Part shown: positions 13,060 to 25,600 of the stretch, one piece after another
Position numbering within the stretch: the first letter of the stretch is position 1
How the letters are laid out: each line of letters begins with the position of its first letter
Origin: Mobula birostris
Lineage: Eukaryota
Length of the DNA stretch: 64,000 bases
Direction of reading: 5' to 3'
NCBI RefSeq assembly: GCF_030028105.1
Contig: NC_092374.1
Span: forward strand, 197,589,345 to 197,653,344
The notes under the pieces: model-generated
What the model saw: the letters and a program-made list of their open reading frames with translations, nothing else
What the model was told of the DNA's origin: nothing
Database searches by the model: none
Position numbers and translations under genes: made by a program

Positions 13060-13945
13060 TCTTCTAATTTTTTAAAATTGGGTGTAATTATATTTCATCA
13101 CCAGAGAAGGAAAACTTGCCATTTTGTTTTCAAAAACATGAAGTCAACAATTTATGGGTGTTAAATTATTGATGTATATCAATGAATGTTTCCTCCTCAT
13201 CCTCCCTTTCCCAGGGATATCTTCCTTCTAATTTCCAGCACACCTTCTTTCTGGATCTCTTTTGTCAACACTTCCCCACTCTCACAGGTGCAGTTTGACA
13301 TTACTTTACCAGAAGGCTTTTGGTTCTTCAAGGTGACCAGTCCCCAATGTTGACAGATCTAGTCATGTTGCCCTTCGCCGGTAGTTCCTGCATTGTCCCC
13401 AAAAACAGCTTAATTCGCTGCCTTGGGAGAGAATCCCATATGCTGGGAACGACGATTGGTATTGGCAGCAGGCTGAGTTTTGAGGTGTGTGTTTGGACAG
13501 GTACATGGAGGGGAGGTGATTGACAGGTTGCGGGCAACTGGAACTAGCCGGGAGGATGCTGTGTGGGGCTTGGACAAGTTGGGTGGAAGGGCCTTTTCCC
13601 AGCTGTTCTCCGCACAACTGTTGACGTTTCTGTTTATCATACAGTATCAGGATGTAAAGGAACTTTAGCAGTTACAAGGTATTTTACCTAGTAATCATGT
13701 CAAACCTTGCAGAGATTTCTGTAAGCAACAGGTTATTGAGCTCCTGATTTAAATCACCTTCATACAGAGGAACAGAATGAGTCCATTCAGCCCATCGATA
13801 TTGTTTTGGCATTTGATCATTGCTGATTTATTTTCCTTCTTAATCCCATTCCCCTGCTTTCTCTCCATCCATAACCTTTGATACGCTCACTAATCAAGAA
13901 ACTATCAACCTCATCTTTAAGTGAAATTTAAATAACTTGAAATCC

Positions 13946-15412
13946 TTTCTTTTTCAATCTTTTTATTAAGTTTCAAATTAATAAACATAGCAATAATGAT
14001 ACTTAGAGATCGGGATTACATTAAAAACGGTTAACATGTATAACCACAGAATCTAAGTAATAAATGTGTAGTAACTAACCCTGAAAACAAAATTTTATAG
14101 AGAGAGAAAAAGAAAAATCCCTAAACTAAAAAAAAGCTAAACTGAAGGTTGGGCTGCCATATTTCATCGGTTAAAATTATAATTTGTCATTAACTCCACT
14201 CCTCTTTACATGGAGAAAAAAATTACTAAAAAAAAAGGATTCAGAAAGGGTCAGCTTACATCTTATGAAAATATTGAATAAATGGCCTCCAGGTTTCTTC
14301 AAATTTAACCGAAGGATCCATAGTACCGCAAGTTTAAACATGCTATCGTTTGGGAAAACCAATGAAATGGTAGTGGGGTTGGAATATTTCCATTGAAATA
14401 GAATGGATCTTCTGGCTATTAATGTACATAATGCAATTAGACGACAAGCTGATGAGGATAAATGACTGGAGTCTGTCACTGGTATTCCAAAAATTGCAGT
14501 AATAGGATGAGGTTGTAAATCAACACACAGAACTACTGACATAGTACCAAAAATATCTTTCCAATATTTTCCTAGAAGAGGGCAAGACCAGAACATATGT
14601 GTCAAGGAAGCTACTTCAGTATTACATCTATCACAAACAGGATTTATATGGCACTAAAAACGAGCTAACTTATCCTTGGACATATGAGCCCTGTGAACCA
14701 CCTTAAATCGTATCAGGGCGTGTCTGGCACACATTGAAGAAGTATTAACTAGTCGAAAAATTTTCTCCCAGTTCTCTGTAGATAAAGATATTTGAAGTTC
14801 TCTTTCCCCTCATTCTTAATTTTATCAGATGTACCTAGACGTATTTGCGTAATGAAATCATAAATAATTACTATTAAACTCTCCTAATGGGGGTTTAAAC
14901 CTAAAGATTTTTCTGTAACTTCAATTTGATGCGATATCGGAAAAATAGGTAAAGTAGCGTTCATAAGGTTTCTAATCTGTAAATATCTGAAAAACTGTGA
15001 TCTAGGCAAATTATATTTATTAGACAACTGTTCAAAAAATTTAAAACAATCATCCATGAATAAATCACGAAAACATGTTATTCCCTTTGTTTTTCCATAG
15101 AAGAAAAGCTTGATCAATTCTAGATGATTGGAAGAAAAAATTAGGTATCATTGAACTTGACAGGATAACTTTATTCAATCCAAAAAATTTACGAAATTGA
15201 ATCCATATTCGTATTGCATGTTCAATTATCGGATTTATCATTTGTTTATTCAATTTAGTAAGTTCAAAGGGAAGCGCAGCTCCGAAAATGGAAGCCAGCG
15301 AAAACCCCTGTACAGACTCCCCCTCGAGGTTCATCCATCGTGGACATCGAACTCTTGTGTCCAAAACGTTAAATATCGAATATTAATTGCCCAGTAATAA
15401 AATCTAAGATTC
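13946..15412 (-). mobile_element. L1-clade LINE, 3' end of ORF2, 5'-truncated
   Basis: NLRFYYWA, FFRYLQIR, THMFWSCP..YW on minus strand; AATAAA plus A-rich tail at the left end. Confidence 0.8.
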
Positions 15413-15506
15413 GACGTGTACTTATTTTGAGACTTGATTCCTGGATCCAGATATCAAGGGAGGAAACATCGCCTTGCGTCTAAAAGTTGTAAAAAATCCG
15501 ATGAAT

Positions 15507-15706
15507 GGTTCTTCTCCCGTGCGAGTGGGAGGGGTTGGGTGGTGGGGAGTATACCCCTCAACTACGGTTGTATTATAGAAGGTGAACGAGCAAGTGCCAC
15601 GTGAGTGACTAAAATGTTTAAACTGTTTAGAATGAATCATGAATTCAGAATTATTGAATTGGTTTATTGTAAATAATTTAGTTAAATATATTTTGCTTTT
15701 AAAAAA
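15507..15706 (+). mobile_element. Old Tx1-type 3' UTR fragment in the U1 3' flank (paralogue at about 53300-53500)
   Basis: gagtgggagggg...ggagtatacccctc...gtgccacgtg...ggtttattgta shared with the Tx1 3' end at 19324-19580. Confidence 0.55.
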
Positions 15707-16141
15707 CGACGGGATAAGGTAAGCAGCCGCCGAGACCGTTCAGCAGGGCCCCCAGCATTTATCTTATGATGCAGCACGGGATCTGCAGATTTTCTCGTGT
15801 TTGACCTTTTCTGCAGATGTGGTGTGAGTGGCTGTTTCCGGCACCTATTGTTATTTTTCTCACCTTCTTCTGTCGTTCCTTACCATCTCTTACTAAATAA
15901 GAAGTTGATGCGCAATTTGTTACAGTATAAGCACAGTATTCTTCTTTGGTTGGTTGAGAGAACGGAACGACTGAAAGGCTGAATTAATATTGTAACCTTA
16001 TAAGGTAAAGTAAGCGAGTTGTTAGATGAGTTGTCTGGAGGCACCGAGATATTCCAAATTAACCGGCGGTCGTCAATTCACGCGACATAGGGAGAAAACA
16101 CAAAACTGAACCAGAGACCCGTCTGTCTTTAAACTGAAAAT

Positions 16142-17459
16142 CAGGGGAGAGCGCGAACGCAGTCCCCCACTACCACAAATTTGGGGACATCGCAGGCGTC
16201 AGCACACCATAAGTGCAATGGGATAGCCTCGTCCTGGGAGAACCTTTTTTTCCCCAAAGATACTTTATTCAGAAGCGTTACATGAAAAAACAGTCGTTGA
16301 CTCTGAGTCCTTATTCAATAAAGTTATTAACAATAAAATTATGCGTTGACTCTGTTCATTTACAAATGAAAAATGTTTACAATAAACCATTCATTTACTC
16401 TCAATCCTTGGTCAAGGGTTAAGACTTATTAACAATAAAATTATCAACAATAAATGCAGGCGATGGCTCTAATGCTTTCCCAAATTAACAATTCCACCCA
16501 CTCCTTGGGCACCATGTTGATTATCTGTCCACACCGCTGATGAGGGTAGGTCTCCTCCCCACCCAACCCCTCCCACTCCCACATCCTTAACTTTACCCTG
16601 ACCTGCCGTTATGTCCAAACCCCCAGACTGTCGTCGACGGCCTCATGCCTCCCCACGCTCTCTACATATCGCGCTAGGAACGTGAGAACGTCGACGCCAG
16701 GCACATAGGCATTAAGCATCTGTATCGTAATTGTTCACTCCTGCGTTGCCACGGCAAAGAGAGGTTGCACTTTAAATAGCGACAGCGGCGCCTCGCTCCC
16801 TTTCTCGAAGAAGCACTGGAGCAGTCTCTGCCACCCTGCGGCACGCCGGAAGGTGACATCATAGTAACTCGGGAAATCCTGCACGCAGTACAGATCATCT
16901 ACCTTAAAGCCGCAGCAGTCGAAAAGCACCTTACGAATGAAAGTAATCCGACTGAAGCTGTTGCCATCTTTCAGATCCTTGACACTCATTCGCACGGTAT
17001 TCTTGATACCAGCTCCACGAGCGGAAGGGCTGGTCTCCCCCGACCTCCTTCTCGGTTCGCTGGACTCCCCAGCTCTCTTTCTCCATTCGCTTGACTCCGC
17101 AGCTCTCTTCTCTGATTGGCTGGACTTTCCAGAAGTCGCTGCTATGCCGGATTTTCCACTCTGCTTCATTGACGCGCTGGACGCTTCAGCTCGCATATCC
17201 GATCCCCTGCAGCCCTCCGCTCTTTCCTCTGAGTCGCTGGTCTCTGCAACACTCCCTCCACATGCGCTAGTCTTACCAGCCATCCCGTTGTTCCGGGAAA
17301 GCACGTTCAACTGCGCCGTCAGCGCGAACTCCTCTCCCAGCCGAAGATCTCCCCGTTTCGAGCACAGCAGGAACCGCTAGGTTCTTAGAAGAATGGTAGT
17401 ACGCCCTCGTCCTGGGAGCACAGCCTTAACAGTTACGGTCTCTCCCTTGCCAGATGAAT
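16142..17459 (-). pseudogene. RNU1: U1 snRNA pseudogene split by a Tx1 insertion
   Basis: U1 nt 40-164 at 16142-16244 (22-nt deletion); U1 nt 1-57 at 17405-17459 (diverged); 3' box GTTTAAAGACAGA on minus strand at 16122-16134. Confidence 0.92.
16245..17404 (-). mobile_element. Tx1-clade non-LTR retrotransposon, internally deleted (5' UTR, ORF1 N-half, 3' UTR, poly(A))
   Basis: ORF1-like NTVR..FSRITFIRKVL..GFKVDDLYCVQDFPSYYDVTF, continuing past a stop as TITIQMLNAYVP..FLARY..GVWT; AATAAA plus A-tail; 18-bp TSD (16227-16244 and 17405-17422). Confidence 0.85.
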
Positions 17460-17900
17460 GTTACCTTTCTATGCATCCGTATGCATTCTTAACCCACACC
17501 CCTCAATATTCAGGCGAACAAATCTTTTAAAGGAATAGATTTCCTACTATTCCACGTGGTCCTCTCAGAATACCGTTGCCACAAATGCCACAAATCTATT
17601 TATTTGATTAGCTTCTGTGCTTTAGTACTGATAAATCCTAGACCTTAATCTGCATGTTTTCTAAAAAAAGGAAATGTGCGCCACGATTGGTTTTGCAGTG
17701 ACTGGTCGTTGCCGAACCCGACCGCACGGTGTCAGTGTTTTCATTGAGGAAATGCAGGGAGCTGCCTGAGGCTCACAGGGTGATTGAACAGACGGCCCCG
17801 TCCCTGGCCCCGAAGACCAGGATTGCGCTGGAAAGGTTGAAGAGGAGATTAGCCAGGAAGTTGCTTGGGGTGGGGGGTCAGCTTTTCACCTATGAAGGGA
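17460..17900 (-). promoter_or_regulatory. U1 upstream region (PSE-like, SPH-like, octamer-like) of the split copy
   Basis: Collinear with the upstream regions of both intact U1 genes; TCGCCTGAATATTGAGGGG and ATGCAGAT on minus strand. Confidence 0.7.
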
Positions 17901-18399
17901 GATTAAACACAGGACAGCACAGGAGCTGATCTTTCGACTCAAAATGCCTGTGCACAGACATCCCACCCTGCAAAAGCACCCCCGCCCCCCGCAACCCCAT
18001 ATCTCCCTCCCCCCGGTCGACCTACAAGGGTGTATGTAATACTTTGTTTTAGTGATTTTGTCTAATCTGTAAACCAAGATGGATATATGCAGAAATATGA
18101 CATTAATATATGTCCTTATATTATCATGTTTATTCTATTACAATTTTAAGCAAGTCTACAGGGAGTTTTGCCTCATCACGTAGGACATCAACAGAGTAGC
18201 TCCTTAGCAGCTAGACAGCTAATTTAAATAATGTTAGCTATGCTAATGAACGAATGACACCTGTTAAACTCACCTGAACTTGTCTTTTACATTTTAACCC
18301 ACCATGGGCAATAGAAAAGTCACTGTTGCAAACAGTGCAGCGAGCAATACTGTCATTCTTTTTGAGGTCGACTGTAAAGCCCGCTCACAGAGAAAACTG

Positions 18400-19323
18400 A
18401 TCTGGCCCAAGGGAACCTCCAGCAGCGGGTCAACATATTAGGGCAATATCACTAATATAGACATCATCCATAACCTCCACAAGTCTTCTGTATGCTCCAG
18501 GACTACATCTCAGCATTGAGCCAAATTAAACACTAAAGCTTTCCGACACCACAGCCATGAAATTGTTATAAAATAAAATTAATGCTCTGGCTGATTAATC
18601 TCAGCTGGCTTTTAACCATTCATAAATGTACATGCTGATTTCACCTTAATTAATTACTTTCCGCACTGTCGCCAAATATCTAAGATCGCACAATATCATG
18701 CTGTATTCTGGCCAATCCACGGCTAAAGAAAGAAAAAGGCTCCCGGTCAGAGGTGAGGCGGAGTTCAGCGCTGTCAACCTCGATAGAAACTCACTAAAAA
18801 GTCATCGGGTAAATTTCAATCCCATTAACAAATAGAATAAATGTTTTCCATCGTAAATTGTCGTTACATAAATCTGAAAAACAGTATTATCCCCACACCA
18901 CATACACACTTGATGTTTGTTTCATAACCGACACTACACGGGGAGTATCGCTGAGAGCCCGCAAGCCGCTGGGACTTTGCGAAAATTCTGGAGGTGGCGA
19001 GGTAGATCTGGTGCAGAGTCTGGGAGAATCTGACAACACTAACATCGCTGCGTTACGGATAATTTATTTTAACGTGTTTAAGTCACCTTCCCTTAGCAAG
19101 GGCTGCAAAAGGAGTAATAATAACATGTGAACCTGTATATCTATACCAAAACAAAAAAAAACTTCTCGCGCAAACTTCACCATCAGTTCTGCCAATCTGA
19201 TAATATTTTTTAAACTCCACGTCACGTCCTGTTATGGTCACAAATACTGCAAAAGTCCTTTTGTCAAAATTTAATGTCATAAACTCTGACTTTCAGTTCT
19301 ATGCTTCCTTTAAGTGCTCTGTA
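18400..19323 (+). promoter_or_regulatory. Distal hsp70 upstream region of copy 2 (core promoter missing)
   Basis: Collinear with about 9430-10331, including the distal HSE module; stops at aagtgctctgt. Confidence 0.75.
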
Positions 19324-19580
19324 TTATTTTTATTTCAAAATATACCTTATTCAAAAATAAATGTATACAATAAACCATTCAGTAACTTTCCATCCTTTAC
19401 ATACGTTTCCATTATAGTCAGTACATATCCGTATTTATAGCCACCCACGTGGCACTCCAGTAGTTCAGCTTACCACATCATTGTCGAGGGGTATACTCCC
19501 CGCCCCCCGACCCTTCCCACTCCCAAGGGTGGAGAAACCTATACCGTGGTCCTTCCCCACCGGGCCCTTGCGGTGGCTGA
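19324..19580 (-). mobile_element. Tx1-type 3' end (ORF2 C-terminus, 3' UTR, A-rich tail)
   Basis: Minus strand ends ATARARWGRTTV-stop, then a UTR shared with other Tx1 ends in the window. Confidence 0.75.
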
Positions 19581-19582
19581 GT

Positions 19583-20824
19583 TGGAGATACCCACCTGAG
19601 AGGAGAGGGCTTTGACAACCGCATGGTCAATCACTTCATTGAGGAGTTCAAGCGGAAATACAAGAAAGACATCAGCCACAACAAGAGAGCGGTGAGGAGG
19701 CTGCGGACGGCCTGTGACAGAGCAAAGAGAATGCTGTCTTCCAGCCAGTATTGAGATTGACTCTCTGTTTGAGGGTGTTGATTTCTACACCTCAATCACC
19801 AGGGCTCGCTTTGAGGAGCTGAACTCTGACCTGTTCAGGGGCACTCTGGAGCCAGTGGAGAAAGCCCTGACAGATGCCAAGCTGGACAAATCCCAGATCC
19901 ATGAAATTGTCCTGGTCGGAGGCTCCACCCGAATCCCCAAGATCCAGAAGCTGCTGCAAGATTTCTTCAATGGTAGGGAGCTGAACAAGAGCATCAACCC
20001 CGATGAGGCCGTGGCCTATGGGGCAGCTGTCCAGGCAGCCATTCTGATGGGCGACAAGTCGGAGAATGTTCAGGATCTGCTACTCCTGGATGTTGCTGCT
20101 CTGTCATTGGGGCTGGAGACGGCAGGTGGAGTCAAGACCACCCTTATCAAGCGTAACACCACCATCCCCACCAAGCAGACCCAGATCTTCAGCACCTACT
20201 CTGATAACCAGCCTGGGGTCCTTATTCAGGTGTTTGAAGGCGAGAGAGCCATGACCAAGGACAACAACCTTCTGGGCAAGTTTGAGTTGAGTGGCAATCC
20301 CTCCCGCTCTTCGTGGCGTACCCCAGATTGAGGTGACCTTCGATATTGACGCCAATGGCATTCTCAATGTCTCTGCTGTTGACAAGACCACCGGGAGAAC
20401 AAACAAGATCACCATCACCCACGACAAGGGCAGGCTGAGTAAGGAGGAAATTGACAGGATGGTGCAAGATGCAGAGAAGTACAAGAATGAGGATGAAATG
20501 CAGCGGCAGAAGATTGCAGCCAAGAAATCCCTGGAGTCCTATGCCTTCAACATGAAGGGCTCTGTGGAGGATGAGAAGATGGCCGGAAAGATCAGTGCTG
20601 AGGACAAGAGGAAGGTCATTGACCTGTGCAACGAGACAATATCCTGGCTGGAGAAGAATCAGATGGCAGAGAAGGAGGAGTTTGAGCACAAGCAGAAAGA
20701 GCTGGAAAAACTCTGCAATCCCATCATTGCCAAACTGTACCAAGGAGCAGCAGCAGGGGAATCGTGCAGGGCACAGGCTGGGAATGCCAGTTCTGCTGGA
20801 CCAACTATTGAGGAGGTGGATTAA
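19583..20824 (+). pseudogene. hsp70: hsp70 pseudogene (copy 2): 5' third missing, two frameshifts
   Basis: Starts at the GDTHL codons (about codon 226); 8-bp deletion near 19744; +1 insertion near 20297; ends GPTIEEVD. Confidence 0.95.
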
Positions 20825-21327
20825 AGGACTATAAATGTGACTGTCTGGGGCTTGCACGGTTTGAGCTCTCTCGACACTTCAGTGGGTCTGATGCTAATGT
20901 TGGCACTTGGGAATAGTCTTCACTGTAACACCACTGGGTCATGTCAATGTCCTGAATCTGGCTGTGATGTACTAATTGTAAACACTGGTAACTGGGTCTA
21001 TTCAATTCCTTTGATCCGGTTTTCTGTATTGGGTTTTTTTTAAAGTCATCTGTTTTGGAATGTAAAGTTTGTACAGTTTTAAGTATCTTGTAACATGCTT
21101 TTAATAAATCTTTTATTTTCTTTTAAGAATTGAGTGTAATTATATTTCATCACCAGGGAAGGAAACCTTGCCATTTTGTTTTCAAAAACATGAAGTCAAC
21201 AATTTATGGGTGTTAAAGTATTGCTGTGTATAAATGAAAGTCCCCTCCTCATCCTCCCTTTCCTTCTAATTTCCAGCACACCTTCTTTCTGGATCTCTCT
21301 TGTCAACACTTCCCCACTCTCACAGGT

Positions 21328-22488
21328 CATAGTCATAGTCATAGTCATACTTTATTGGTCCCGGAGGAAATTGGTTTTCGTTACAGTTGCACCATAAATA
21401 ATAAATAGTAATAAAACACCATAAATAATAAGTAGTAATAAAACCATAAATAGTTAAATAGTAATATGTAAATTATGCCAGGAAATAAGTCCAGGACTAG
21501 CCTATTGGCTCATGGTGTCTGAAACTCCAAGGGAGGAGCTGTAAAGTTTGATGGCCACAGGCAGGAATGACTTCCTGTGACGCTCTGTGTTGCATCTCGG
21601 TGGAATGAGTCTTTGGCTGAATGTACTCCTGTGCCCAACCAGTACATTATGTACTGGATGGGAGACATTGTCCAAGATGGCATGCAACCTGGACAGCATC
21701 CTCTTCTCAGACACCACCGTCAGAGAGTCCAGTTCCATCCCCACAACATCACTGGCCTTACGAACGAGTTTGTTGATTCTGTTGGTGTCTGCTACCCTCA
21801 GCCTGCTGCCCCAGCACACAACAGCAAACATGATAGCACTGGCCACCACAGACTCGTAGAACATCCTCAGCTTCGTCCGGCAGATGTTAAAGGACCTCAG
21901 TCTCCTCAGTAAATAGAGACGGCTCTGACCCTTCTTGTAGACAGCCTCAGTGTTCTTTGACCAGTCCAGTTTATTGTCAATTCGTATCCCCAGGTATTTG
22001 TAATCCTGCACCATGTCCACACTGACCCCCTGGATGGAAACAGGGGTCCGTACCTTAGTGCTCCTCAGGTCTACCACCAGCTCCATAATCTTTTTCACAT
22101 TAAACTGCAGATAATTCTGCTCACACCATGTGACAAAGTTTCCTACCGTGGCCGTGTACTCAGCCTCATCTCCCTTGCTGATGCATCCAACTATGACAGA
22201 GTCATCTGAAAACTTCTGAAGATTACAAGACTCTGTGCAGTAGTTGAAGTCCGAGGTGTAAATGGTGAAGAGAAAGGGAGAAAAGACAGTCCCCTGTGGA
22301 GCCCCAGTGCTGCTGATCACTCTGTCAGACACACAGTGTTGCAAGCACATGTACTGTGGTCTGCCAGTCAGGTAATCAAGAATCCATGACACCAGGAAAG
22401 CAACCACCTGCATCGCTGTCAGCTTCTCCCCCAGCAGAGCAGGTTGATTGTGTTGAACGCACTGGAGAAGTCAAAAACCATGACTCTT
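21328..22488 (-). mobile_element. Rex1-clade LINE, 5'-truncated (RT ORF 21502-22413)
   Basis: GAPQGTV, YTSDF..QKFSDD, KKGQSRLY.LRRL, FLPVAIKL; (catagt)n tail; empty site ctcacaggtgcagttt present in copy 1. Confidence 0.88.
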
Positions 22489-23914
22489 GGTGCAGTTTGG
22501 CATTACTTTACCAGAAGGCTTTTGACAGGAGATTCGGCATTGTCACCAAAAACGGCTTAATTAGCTGCCTTGGGAGAGAATCCCATATACTGGGAACGAT
22601 TAGTATTGGCAGCAGGCTCAGTTTTGAGGTGTGTATTTGGACAGGTACATGGAGGGGAGGTGATTGACAGGTTGCGGGCAACTGGAACGAGCCGGGAGGA
22701 TGCTGTTGTGGGGCTTGGACAAGTTGGGTGGAAGGGCCTTTTCCCAGCTGCTCTCCGCACAACTGTTGGCGTTTCTGTGGAAATGCAGGGAGCTGCCTCA
22801 GGCCGACAGGGTGAATGAACAGGCGCCCCCGTCCCCGGCCCCGCAGACCGGGATTGCGCTGAGGCTGAAGGGGAGATTAGCCAGGATGTTGCAGGGCTGT
22901 TAGTTTTTCACTTATGAGTGGAGACTGAACAGACCAGCAGGGTTTTCGGCCCAAAATGCCTGTACACAACGTTATGCCAAATAAAATTATATCCCTTCTG
23001 CCTCCACACGATCCCTATCTCTTCATACCCGGTCATGTTCTTATTTAAAACGCTCTTAAACTGCACCGTATCTGCTTCCACCACCACGACAAGCAGCTCG
23101 TTCCCGGGAAACCCACCAGCCTCTGGGTGAAAGAAAATCGCCTTTAAACTAACTCCATCATCATAGAAATGCAAGTATTTGATATTTCTATTCGGAGTAA
23201 AACTCTTAATCTTTTCTATAAGTGTTTCTCATCAATTTTAAAGCTGTTCGGTTTTGCCTCCATCCCCCGACAACTGAGAGAAATCTAGTGACGGGTCAGG
23301 TTAGATTTGTTTTCTTTGGTGATCATAAATGGGAGAGAGAGAGGCCCAGGTAGCGTGGACAGGGTCATTGTTTACCCAGTGGACAGTCGAGTTCAAACCA
23401 GAGTTTAGGAACGAGGGTTAGTGGGACCTGAGAATGAACTTCATCTTCAAAGTTCAAAGTAAAATTTATTATTAGCAATTCAGGAACAGCTTCTTCCCCA
23501 CTGCAATCAGTGTTCATGGGATCAATGACCATTCAGAAATCAGACCCACCATGAATACTGCTCATATATATATATAAATTTGTTTTGTACTAGTTTTAAT
23601 GTATTAAATGCACATATATGTAGACTTACTGTAATTGATCTACTTACGTATTTATTTTCTATATTGAATTGCAAGGTATTGCATTGAACTGCTGCTGCTA
23701 AGTTAACAGATTTCACAACACATACCTGTGATAATATCTCTCACTGCTCCCCATCTGCAATTTCTTCGGCTCTTCAACTTTTCCACCACATGTTGACTCA
23801 GACTTGCAGGTCTTGGCTCCATCCATCCCCCTCCTGTCTTCTCCTATCGTTTTGGAACTCCCCCTCCCCCTCCCCCTCTCACTTTCAAATCTCTTACTAA
23901 CTCTTCCTTCAGTT

Positions 23915-23950
23915 AGTCCTGACGAAGGGTCTCGGCCTGAAACGTTGATT
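23915..23950 (+). ncRNA. Minimal hammerhead ribozyme motif in a Penelope-like fragment (about 23740-24010)
   Basis: agtc-CTGACGA-agggtctcggcct-GAAA-cgtt-gatt. Confidence 0.55.
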
Positions 23951-24206
23951 GTACCTCTTCCTAGAGATGCTGCCTGGCCTGCTACATTCACCAGCAACTT
24001 TGATGTGTGTTCCTGTGATAATAAACCTGATTCTGATTCTAATTTTCCATTCAAAGTCATTGGTGTTCCCATATCAGGCCATAATGCAGCCAGTCAATAC
24101 ACTTTCCACTGCACATCTATAGGTTTTGATGACACACCAAATCTCTACAGTCTCCTAAGGAAGGAGAAACTTTCTTTGCAATTAGATTGATGTGAAAGGT
24201 CCAGGA

Positions 24207-25600
24207 CAGGGACTGTCACAAGTTTAACATTTCAATTGGGGGACCATTTCCTTCAGCACCTCAATTCAAAGTTCCTCCTAATTTATAATGACCAGTGTGC
24301 GTAAAAAATTGTATTGAACAATGACAACATGTGCGCGCTGAATTTTTACGTGGAAGTAAACCTGAAGCAATTCTAAGGAAAATATATCACTGATTCAGTT
24401 TGTTGTTTATTGTTTAAAAGAAAAAATATAATACACATCAATGAGTCTTCTTTCCCATGAACAATACGACTGCAAGCAACAATATCAATCAGTTCACATG
24501 TTATTAAAGTTATCTGAAATGGTTGACAAAATATCCAGATAGGTGTTTTATTTGGAAATCATTGCATACAGCACTGAATTGGTAGCTTAATTATATTAGA
24601 GACATAATCGTGAACAAGATAATGAACATATCAAAGTTGCTTCGTCATTTTTCTCCCTGCTGTCTTTGGCATCTACCCAATCTTTGTCCAGACAAATAAA
24701 TCCGCCTTCCAGCAGAGAATTCTCATTGGCATATCCAAATGACACTCACTTAAACGGTTCCTCAGTTTGTTTTTGATCTGATTCGTGACAGTAAAACCTC
24801 TTTCACGAGCAGCGCGAGTTCTAAGAAAGGTTCCGCCAATGTCCGCCAGCTTTGCAAGGTCACAAAACTCTTCATTTTGAGTTGCAAATCTCACCATTTC
24901 AGAAGAGCTGGTAATCAGTTTGGATTTAATTTTTTCTTGTACAGCAAGTTTGAAGTCATTGCACTGCTTAACTGTGACAGCATTTTCAGCAAGGAAATCA
25001 GGATATTTTCCACACAAGGCACTCACCTGGTCTTTGCCAAAATGGAAGTCACATTCTGCACGCACAGAAAAATCAAAAGCCTCCCGTTCTTGTACCTCGC
25101 CCTCAGGAAACCTCTCTTCTAAATGAACACAGAGATGGATTATCAAGGTCAACAGAGAATTTGTAGTTACTGTCACAACTGTAGCTCAGAAAACTTTAAC
25201 TTCCTCACTCCAAGACTCTTTGTCTCCCAGATGCTTCTTGCTTATCTTGTTAATTTTGCCTCGTACAAAATGAAATGCATCAATTGTCATTAAGACACTC
25301 CTTTGCAGTCTTCAACAGTGCAGCCTCTTCTTCAAAGACATCATTTAACACCTCTAAAGCTATTTTTATTCACTGCTTATCAACTTTTTGTGACAATATT
25401 TCTTCGGAAATATCGTCCTCAAAATATACAATCAATGCCTCATACGTGTTTATGATTGCCTGCAGTGTAACGTGTCTAGACAGTATCTCACTTTATTCAC
25501 TGGTCTGAAAGCAACAGCTTCATTTCCACAGGTGTTTGCAATTCCTTTAAAAGTGCATCTTGTAGGTGAAGATTGAGAAAACACCCAGAAACCTCCCAGG
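24207..25600 (-). mobile_element. hAT DNA transposon remnant
   Basis: LEERFP and ARERGFTVTNQIKNKLRNRL (hAT C-terminal dimerisation motif); cagg-type terminus at 24207. Confidence 0.75.

Noticed and set aside
16735-17310. 191-aa ORF resembling host ZCCHC3-like proteins
   Set aside because: Lies within a TSD-flanked poly(A) insert and has an internal stop; it is Tx1 ORF1.
18140-18400. Fragment that looks like a DNA transposon interior
   Set aside because: No termini or protein motif to support a call.
24673-25176. 167-aa ORF resembling domesticated hAT-derived genes
   Set aside because: Surrounding frame is broken and it sits near a transposon terminus.
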